A DNA stretch of 64,000 bases, taken from assembly GCA_037200445.1 (NCBI GenBank), contig JBBCGH010000001.1, forward strand, positions 4,335,162-4,399,161. The letters run 5' to 3'. Below the pieces are notes generated by a model that saw only the letters and a list, made by a program, of their open reading frames with translations, was not told the DNA's origin and searched no databases. The stretch is from Alphaproteobacteria bacterium. GTDB lineage: Bacteria > Pseudomonadota > Alphaproteobacteria > Rhizobiales > Xanthobacteraceae. Shown piece after piece: positions 56,217 to 64,000 of the stretch. Within the stretch, counting starts at the first letter, position 1, and each line of letters starts with the position of its first letter. Position numbers and translations under genes: made by a program.

Positions 56217-58280
56217 CTACGCCGCCGCTTGCGAGGCCTTCTTCGCCGCGATGATCTGGTCGGCGGTGCGGCCAGTGAGTTCGGCCATATGGTCGAACTT
56301 CGCCGTGAACGTGCCGACCCCGGCGGTCGCCGAGCGAATCTCGATGATGAGATCGCCGATCTCGGTTTCCGGAATCATCGCCTTGACCAAGTCCCAGCCG
56401 GCCCAGCCCTCGCGCGTGTCGAAGCCGAGGATCTGGCCGCGCCGGCCTGACATGATGGCGTTGATCTTCGCTGTGGCTTCGTTCGGACACACGATCTCGA
56501 CCAGATGGATCGGCTCGAGCAGCACGGGCTGCGCCTGCGGCAGCGCGTCGTTGATGCCGATCCGGCCGGCCTGACGGAACGCCATGTCGGAGGAGTCGAC
56601 CGCATGGTACGAGCCGTCGGTCAGCGTGACCGCGAGATCGACCACCGGGAAGCCGAGCGGACCGTGCTTGATTGCCTCGGTCACGCCTTCCTCGACGGAC
56701 GGAATGTAATTGCGCGGTACCGCGCCGCCGGTGATTACCTCGTTGAACTTGAACCCGCTGCCGCGCGGCAGCGGTTTGACGTCGATCACGATGTCACCGA
56801 ACTGGCCGTGACCACCCGACTGCTTCTTGTGCCGGCCACGCACATTGAGCACCGGCTTCTTGATCGTTTCCCGATAGCCAACCTGGGGCTTGTGCCGCTC
56901 GATCGGGACCGTGAAGCGGTCGGCGAGTCGCTCGGTCGCGACGCGTAGATGCATCTCGCCCTGCCCCCACACCACGATCTCGTGGGTCTCGGGATTGTGC
57001 ACCACAGTCAGCGACGGATCCTCGTCGGTCAGCTTGTTCAGCGCCTGCCCGAGCTTCACGTCATCCTTGCGTTCCTTGGCGGCAATCGAGATCGCCAGCA
57101 CCGGCGGATAGGGCGTCACCTGCACGATCGGCTTGTGCGCCTGCTTGCCTGCCGTCATGGTGTCGCCGGTCTTGGCGTGATCGAGTTTGCCAAGGCCGAC
57201 GGTCTCTCCCGCTCCAGCCGCACCCCGCTTCTCGGTGTTGTGACCGACCAGCTTGAACGTGCCGGAGACGCGCCCGGCCTCCTCATCCGGCGTGATGAAC
57301 GTGGTGTTGTCGCCGGCCTGACCGGTGAGCACGCGCGCGATCGACATCTTGCCGCCATGCGCGGTGTGCAGCGTCTTGAGCACGCAGGCAACCGCATCGC
57401 CGGTCGGCGTGACGCCCAGCCGTTTCACCGTATCGGCCACCCCGGGCGCCTCGTGGCGCAGTGCCTTCATCAGCCGCAGAACACCATTGGTGCGCGTCGC
57501 CGAGCCGATCAGCACCGGGCAGATCAGACCGTCGCGCAGTTCCTTGGCGAGATCGTCGAACACCTTGTCGCGCGGCGGCGGAATATCGTCGAGCAACTGC
57601 TCCATCAGCTCGTCGTCGTGATCGGCGAGCGATTCCAGCATCGTGAAACGCGCTTCCTTGTTGCGGTCGGCATGCTCGCCTTCGAGCGGCACGACCTCGG
57701 ATGGCGCATGCTCCTTGTAGATATGCGCGCGTTCGAGTGCGAGATCGACAAAGCCGATGACGATATCGTTGGTCCAGATCGGGATCTGACGCAGCACCAG
57801 CGGCACGCGCGAAGCGGGCTGCAAGAGCTTCAACGTCTCGCGCACGCGCTTGTCGGCCTTGTCGATCTTGTTGAGGAACAGGAAGCGCGGGATTTTCAGG
57901 TCTTCCAGCTCGCGCAGGATCAGCTGCAGCTGCGGGATCTTCTTCTCGTCCGCCTCGCACACCACCACCGCCGCATCGATCGCCGGCAGCGCCGCGCGCA
58001 TGTCGTGGATGAATTCAACCGAGCCCGGGCAATCGATGAAGGTGTAGCTGTCGCCGAGGAAACTTGTCGTCGCGACCGAGAGCTCGACACTCATCTTGTG
58101 GTGACGCGCTTCGGCCGAAGCATCGCCGACAGTCGAGCCGCCCTCTATTGTGCCCTGTCGCGCAATCGCGCCGGTTCGCGCCAGGATCGCTTCGAGCAGC
58201 GTGGTCTTGCCGCTCTGGAAGGGGCCCACCAATGCGATGCATCGGGGACCCTTTGGACTGGTGCCGCCGTTTCCCGCCAT
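56217..58280 (-). CDS. Elongation factor G paralogue (EF-G-like translational GTPase)
   Basis: G1 GPFQSGKTT, G3 DCPG, G4 NKID, and EF-G domain III-V-like C-terminus. GGAGGGAGG precedes the ATG. Not in the str operon context. Confidence 0.8.
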   Translation of the reverse strand: MAGNGGTSPKGPRCIALVGPFQSGKTTLLEAILARTGAIARQGTIEGGSTVGDASAEARHHKMSVELSVATTSFLGDSYTFIDCPGSVEFIHDMRAALPAIDAAVVVCEADEKKIPQLQLILRELEDLKIPRFLFLNKIDKADKRVRETLKLLQPASRVPLVLRQIPIWTNDIVIGFVDLALERAHIYKEHAPSEVVPLEGEHADRNKEARFTMLESLADHDDELMEQLLDDIPPPRDKVFDDLAKELRDGLICPVLIGSATRTNGVLRLMKALRHEAPGVADTVKRLGVTPTGDAVACVLKTLHTAHGGKMSIARVLTGQAGDNTTFITPDEEAGRVSGTFKLVGHNTEKRGAAGAGETVGLGKLDHAKTGDTMTAGKQAHKPIVQVTPYPPVLAISIAAKERKDDVKLGQALNKLTDEDPSLTVVHNPETHEIVVWGQGEMHLRVATERLADRFTVPIERHKPQVGYRETIKKPVLNVRGRHKKQSGGHGQFGDIVIDVKPLPRGSGFKFNEVITGGAVPRNYIPSVEEGVTEAIKHGPLGFPVVDLAVTLTDGSYHAVDSSDMAFRQAGRIGINDALPQAQPVLLEPIHLVEIVCPNEATAKINAIMSGRRGQILGFDTREGWAGWDLVKAMIPETEIGDLIIEIRSATAGVGTFTAKFDHMAELTGRTADQIIAAKKASQAAA

Positions 58281-58431
58281 GTCCGCCTCCCTCCGGCCGA
58301 ACTGCCGCGGTCGGCCGTGTGTTGGTTTCGTGACAATATCGTTTCAGGAGAGCGCGTGGCTGGCAAGTGCGCCTTTTGCGGCAATTTTCGAAGGCGCTGG
58401 CCGAATGCGGCGTGGTTTGAAATGCTGGCGC

Positions 58432-60132
58432 ATGCGATCACGGTACGCCTGTGTTCCCGCCCTGCTGATCGTCCTCGCGCCGGCTGAGGCTGCCGAGGTC
58501 ACGCCCGACCGGCTGGCCCATGCTGACCGCGAGGCACACAACTGGCTCATGAACCATCGCACCTACGACAGCCATCGTTATTCGCCGCTCGATCGCATCA
58601 ACAGAAGCAATATCGGACAACTACGGCTCGCCTACGCATTGCCGCTCGGCAACGGAACTCCCGGCGAGAATCTCCAGGCAACGCCGCTTGCGGAAGACGG
58701 GTTTCTCTATGTGGTCGAACAGTCCGGTGTTCTCTCCAAGATCGACGCGCGCACCCCGGATCAGGGTCGCATCGTCTGGCGCGTGGATCCGGGGCAGGAG
58801 CATCCTCCCCTCTCGAACCGCGGGGCCGCGTTGTGGGGAAACTTTGTCGTTACTGTCGCCAACTATCCGCCGCGTGTGATCGCAATCGACAAGGAGACCG
58901 GCAAACCTGTCTGGTCGGCCGATCTTTCTGATGGGCAGCCTGACTTGCAGCTCACCGCTGCGCCTCTGGCGATCAAGGACAAGATCATCGTCGGCGCCGC
59001 CGGAGGCGATCTCGGTACACGCGATTTCATCGCCGCACTCGATGGCGCGACCGGGACGCTGCTCTGGCGCAGGTATGTCATCCCCGCCCCGGGCGAGCCG
59101 GGCAGCGAGACATGGAAGGATCAGAACAACGCCTGGGAAACCGGCGGCGGCTCCATGTGGGTGACCGGCTCATACGATGTCGCAAGCAATCAGGTGATCT
59201 GGGGCACCGGCAATCCCGTGCCCGGCTTCGATGCGAACTACCGTCCCGGCGACAATCTGTTCACGTCGAGCGCTATCTCGTGGAATCCGGATTCCGGAGC
59301 GATGAACTGGTACTTCCAGTATACGCCGGGAGGCATGTGGGACTACGATGCCACCGGCCCGCATATCCTCGTTGACAGCGAAGCCAGCGAGCACTCTCGC
59401 ACGCTGGTCGTCCACGCGGGCCGCAATGGCTTTCTCTATGGATTGGAGCGCGACAGCGGACGTGTGGTGTTCGCGAAGCCGCATATGGAGGTCACCTGGA
59501 CCAGCGGAATCGACCCGCACACTGGCAGGCCCCTCGATTACAACCCCGATGACGACGTGCAGGCCTATGCGGGCGTCCTGAAGTCGACAGGATGGGGCCG
59601 CGGCAAAGCACAAAGGCTATGCCCATCAACGTATGGGGGAGCCAACTTCTGGCCGCCGTCGTATAGCGAGCGGACTAGGCTGCTGTACATCCCGGTTCTC
59701 ACCGGCTGCGTCGAACTCACCACCTTTCCGTTCGAGCGCGAAAAGAAGAACTGGCGCGGCGGGAACGCCGAGCTGCTGGGACGGATGGAGGGTAGCCTTA
59801 CGATCGCCGATCCATTCACCGGCGAGATCAAGGCGCGGCGCCAGATGCGCTATCCGATCTACTCGGGCGCATTGTCGACCGGAGGCGGCCTTGTTTTTTT
59901 CGGACTTCTCGACGGGACCTTTGCGGCGCTCGACGACACGACCTTCGAGCAGCTCTGGTCGATCAATGTCGGGATCGGGTTCGCGGCACCGCCGATCACC
60001 TTCGAGGCAGAGGGCCGTCAGTACATCGCGATCCTGTCCGGCATGAGCCCGATCGCGCGTACCCTGCTGGTGCGCACACCCGAATTACACGATCAGCCCA
60101 ACCCGACCATGCTGTTCGTGTTTGGTCTGTAA
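58432..60132 (+). CDS. PQQ-dependent dehydrogenase (methanol/ethanol-family beta-propeller)
   Basis: Start at MRSRYACVPALLIVLAPAEA/AEV (signal peptide; alternative ATG at 58405). Propeller W-motifs. Active-site WDYD at 59338-59349. Confidence 0.8.
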   Translation: MRSRYACVPALLIVLAPAEAAEVTPDRLAHADREAHNWLMNHRTYDSHRYSPLDRINRSNIGQLRLAYALPLGNGTPGENLQATPLAEDGFLYVVEQSGVLSKIDARTPDQGRIVWRVDPGQEHPPLSNRGAALWGNFVVTVANYPPRVIAIDKETGKPVWSADLSDGQPDLQLTAAPLAIKDKIIVGAAGGDLGTRDFIAALDGATGTLLWRRYVIPAPGEPGSETWKDQNNAWETGGGSMWVTGSYDVASNQVIWGTGNPVPGFDANYRPGDNLFTSSAISWNPDSGAMNWYFQYTPGGMWDYDATGPHILVDSEASEHSRTLVVHAGRNGFLYGLERDSGRVVFAKPHMEVTWTSGIDPHTGRPLDYNPDDDVQAYAGVLKSTGWGRGKAQRLCPSTYGGANFWPPSYSERTRLLYIPVLTGCVELTTFPFEREKKNWRGGNAELLGRMEGSLTIADPFTGEIKARRQMRYPIYSGALSTGGGLVFFGLLDGTFAALDDTTFEQLWSINVGIGFAAPPITFEAEGRQYIAILSGMSPIARTLLVRTPELHDQPNPTMLFVFGL

Positions 60133-60142
60133 GCGTTGGCGC

Positions 60143-60622
60143 TTAGCGCACGAACTGCAGTGCGATTTCCGCGATGCCGGCCGCGACGTTGAGGCCGATC
60201 TGCCCCTGGATCGACAGCGGCTGCAGCGCGACCGAGCGATCGCTGCCGCCGACCAGAACGTTGGCGCCAAGACCGGCAACGACCGTCGCTTCAGCGCTCG
60301 CGCCCGCATAGTTGCCCGCCAGCGCGCCGCGGCGGCGCGAGGTCGACTGAAGCACCGACCAGACAAGCTGGCCGGCGCCGGTGAAGCCTACGTCGAGGCC
60401 GACCTTGGTGATGGTGCCGATGTACTGCTCGGGCGGGGCCGGATAGCTCGGTGTGAACAGGCAATTGACCTGCCGCTGCGAGCCGACCACGAAACCGATG
60501 CCCCCCGACACGTCGCAATTCAGGGTCCCGGCCTGCTCCCAGACCGGCCGCTGCGCCTGTGCCGGCAGGCACATCGCAAGCCCCAGCAGCGCCGCACCCA
60601 GCCCAAACTGTCTCATCCCCAT
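60143..60622 (-). CDS. DUF992-like secreted protein
   Basis: Signal peptide MRQFGLGAALLGLAMCLPAQA. Gly-rich body with two Cys (LNCDVSGGIGFVVGSQRQVNCLF), as in DUF992 proteins of Rhizobiales. Confidence 0.65.
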   Translation of the reverse strand: MGMRQFGLGAALLGLAMCLPAQAQRPVWEQAGTLNCDVSGGIGFVVGSQRQVNCLFTPSYPAPPEQYIGTITKVGLDVGFTGAGQLVWSVLQSTSRRRGALAGNYAGASAEATVVAGLGANVLVGGSDRSVALQPLSIQGQIGLNVAAGIAEIALQFVR

Positions 60623-60810
60623 AACTCCCCGATTAACTGTGCGGTTCTACCATCCGTCAGCCGCAAACCAAAGGCGCAATTGTCAATGCGCCACGCTGAT
60701 GCCAGTCAGCCACAGTCGCCGCATTTATGCGGCTTTTACATCACCGAGGGGTTGGCTCACGCGAATTCCTGTGCTGCCCTCCTCTATCTCTAGGCGAGGA
60801 GGAATCGGTC

Positions 60811-60966
60811 ATGCTGTCCCAGTTCGCCCAGCTCGTCGGGAAGGTCGCCACGATGCTGTTCAACACTTGGCCGACGCTCGGCGGTACCGGCGTGTACCGG
60901 CCCGAGAAATACTACATGCGCGGCCCCGGCCCGCAGTGGCACGCCAAGCACGATCGGATCCGCTGA
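60811..60966 (+). CDS. Small hypothetical protein (51 aa)
   Basis: GAGGAGG lies 8 nt upstream of ATG 60811. MLSQFAQLVGKVATMLFNTWPTLGGTGVYRPEKYYMRGPGPQWHAKHDRIR. Confidence 0.45.
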   Translation: MLSQFAQLVGKVATMLFNTWPTLGGTGVYRPEKYYMRGPGPQWHAKHDRIR

Positions 60967-61022
60967 CCCCCGTGACCGCGCTGGCGGCGCCGTCACGCTA
61001 AATTGGGGAGAGCCGACCCAGG

Positions 61023-62327
<1,305 letters not shown>

Positions 62328-62373
62328 TCACCAATAAGGGTCCGTTAGGCGTTTCGCGCCTAATGCTCAACCC

Positions 62374-63711
62374 ATGGCCGGATTCCTCGACATTTTGCGC
62401 AGCGGCGACTGGCTGATCTCGTCGCGTGCGCGGCTGTGGGCGATTGCGGTTCTCATCGCCTCGGCGGGAGGGCTCGTCTACCTGGTCGCCACGTCGGACG
62501 GGCTGATCGACTATCAGGGACGTCCGCTCGGGACCGACTTCTCCAACGTCTACGCCGCCGGTACCCATGTGCTCGACGGCAATCCGGCTGCGCCGTTCGA
62601 CCCGCGGCTGCAGCACGCGCGCGAGCAGAGCGTCTTCGGCGAGAAGACGCCGTTCTACGGCTGGCACTATCCGCCCTTCTTCCTTGCCGTCGCGGCTGGG
62701 CTCGCGCTGATGCCGTATCAGCTTGCGCTGATCGTGTGGCAGGGCGTGACGCTGGTGCTTTATCTGCTCGCAATACGGATGATCGTCTCGCCGCTTATCC
62801 CTCCCCCGCAGGGGGAGGGTGGTCGGCGAAGCCGACCGGGTGGGGCTCTCGCCGCAAACACAGACACCCCACCCGACCGCCGCTTCGCGGCGGCCACCCT
62901 CCCCGCTTCGCAGGGAGGGATTTGGCTCCTCCTTGCCCTCGCCTACCCGGCCGTGTTCGTGAACCTCGGCCATGGTCACAATGGTTTTCTCACCGCCGCG
63001 CTGATGGGCTTTGCGCTGATCATGCTCGACGCGCGCCCAATCCTCGCAGGCATCCTGTTCGGGCTGCTCGCCTACAAGCCACAGTTCGGCCTGATGATCC
63101 CGCTGGTCCTCCTTGCGACCGGGCGCTGGCGCACGCTGATCGCGGCCGGCGCAACAGTCGCCGCGCTCATCGTCGCCGCAACGCTCGCGTTCGGGGTGGA
63201 GGCATGGCGCGCGTTCTTCACGTTTGCCGAATATACCCGCACGATCGTGCTCGAGACCGGCGAGACCGGCTGGCACAAGATCCAGAGCGTGTTCGCATGG
63301 GCGCGTATGTGGGGCGCCCCGGTCTCCCTCGCGTACGCGATACAGGCCGCGATCACGCTTCTCGTCGCTGCGGCGCTGATCTGGCTGTGGCGGTCGCCCA
63401 CATCGTACGCGCTGAAAGCGGCGGCGCTCTGCCTCGCGGCGATCCTCGCGACGCCCTACAGCCTCGACTACGACCTGATGGTACTCGCCCCCGCCATCGC
63501 GTTCCTGACAATCGACGGCCTCGAACGCGACTTCGCCCCCTGGGAAAAGAGCGCGCTCGCATTTCTCTGGGCGGTGCCGCTTGTCGCGCGTGGCGTCGCG
63601 CAGGTCACGTTCATCCCGCTCGGCGTGATCGCCATGATGGTGATGTTCGGGCTGATCCTGCACCGGGCGGGCCTATTGGCGGCCCGCGGCAATCCAGTGC
63701 CCGCGCGTTAG
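62374..63711 (+). CDS. Polytopic membrane protein, GT87/DUF2029-like glycosyltransferase, carrying an in-frame repeat insertion
   Basis: About 10 TM segments. N-terminal DFSNVYAAG... and HYPPFFL motifs typical of DUF2029. Residues roughly 142-183 are encoded by the repeat element. Confidence 0.65.
   Translation: MAGFLDILRSGDWLISSRARLWAIAVLIASAGGLVYLVATSDGLIDYQGRPLGTDFSNVYAAGTHVLDGNPAAPFDPRLQHAREQSVFGEKTPFYGWHYPPFFLAVAAGLALMPYQLALIVWQGVTLVLYLLAIRMIVSPLIPPPQGEGGRRSRPGGALAANTDTPPDRRFAAATLPASQGGIWLLLALAYPAVFVNLGHGHNGFLTAALMGFALIMLDARPILAGILFGLLAYKPQFGLMIPLVLLATGRWRTLIAAGATVAALIVAATLAFGVEAWRAFFTFAEYTRTIVLETGETGWHKIQSVFAWARMWGAPVSLAYAIQAAITLLVAAALIWLWRSPTSYALKAAALCLAAILATPYSLDYDLMVLAPAIAFLTIDGLERDFAPWEKSALAFLWAVPLVARGVAQVTFIPLGVIAMMVMFGLILHRAGLLAARGNPVPAR
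62799..62920. repeat. Roughly 122-nt composite palindromic element (same architecture as 7121-7266) located inside a CDS
   Basis: ccctcccccgcagggggaggg, ggtcggcgaagccgacc, gggtgggg ... ccccaccc, ccgccgcttcgcggcgg, ccctccccgcttcgcagggaggg. No stop codon in the host frame. Confidence 0.7.
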
Positions 63712-63724
63712 GCCGAGGCCAACG

Positions 63725-63967
63725 CTAAGCTGGAGATCGCGCTCGCGCGGTGCTCTCCGCCTCAAACAGCGCAACGCGCGCGACAAGCACAAAGGCCGGG
63801 ATCAGGAACAGCGCGCCCAACGCTATCCCGGTGGCGTTCGCAAGGATCGACGCGAAGAGCGGAACGACCAGGATCAGCGCCGACGCGAGCACCGCAGGTT
63901 TCCGCAAGTGAGGCGCCGCTTGCGACATCGTCATCAGCCACACGGCCACGAATGCGCCGACGACCAT
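63725..63967 (-). CDS. Small membrane protein; the ORF may extend beyond the window
   Basis: Three hydrophobic segments. The frame stays open upstream of the listed ATG all the way to nt 64000. Confidence 0.4.
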   Translation of the reverse strand: MVVGAFVAVWLMTMSQAAPHLRKPAVLASALILVVPLFASILANATGIALGALFLIPAFVLVARVALFEAESTARARSPA

Positions 63968-64000
63968 GTCGTAGTCCTGAAGATAGGGCGTCGCGAGAAA

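Noticed and set aside
58150-58431. N-terminal extension of the PQQ dehydrogenase ORF
   Set aside because: It overlaps the EF-G paralogue start region on the opposite strand. The signal peptide and homology begin at the ATG at 58432 (or 58405).

Overview
High-GC (about two-thirds G+C by eye) alphaproteobacterial chromosome segment. Gene content and the intergenic repeat families look like Bradyrhizobiaceae/Nitrobacteraceae (inference only). Core genes: a Moco cluster (mobA, moeA, mobB, two extra MoeA-domain genes, a TusA-like gene), a 2-hydroxyacid dehydrogenase, a NitT/TauT-type ABC importer, ggt, thioesterases, an AraC regulator, an OYE flavoenzyme, a serine hydrolase, a cytochrome c, an LLM oxidoreductase, ygiQ, an amidinotransferase-fold enzyme plus a class V aminotransferase, a TctC/Bug binding protein, dnaG-rpoD, yqeY, carA and a separate carB, greA, lrp, trxB with a LysR regulator, msrP, an EF-G paralogue, a PQQ dehydrogenase, an aspartate aminotransferase and a GT87-like membrane protein. 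Accessory or unusual content: (1) a low-GC island at 33.7-37.45 kb, convergent with rpoD, with a translationally coupled DUF1837/HamA-like nuclease and an SF2 DEAH helicase (Hachiman-type defence architecture); the helicase is split by a frameshift. (2) A lower-GC island at 26.4-29.7 kb with an IS1-family-like transposase, an XRE-HTH/ImmA-IrrE fusion protein coupled to an unknown acidic-tailed protein, and two small ORFs; it is flanked by a 9-bp direct repeat. (3) A decayed nucleotidyltransferase-fold two-gene module at 10.0-11.0 kb. (4) A roughly 1020-aa subtilase/P-domain/RTX/FG-GAP exoprotein gene interrupted at a G7 tract. (5) A candidate AbcR (alpha-r15)-type sRNA next to trxB-LysR. (6) A tRNA-Cys-like gene with non-canonical features. 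(7) Several families of structured intergenic repeats, one copy sitting in frame inside a CDS. (8) Hairpin plus T-run structures in the carB, greA and rpoD leaders. No rRNA genes and no CRISPR array were seen. All homology calls come from motif recognition by eye, not from searches.
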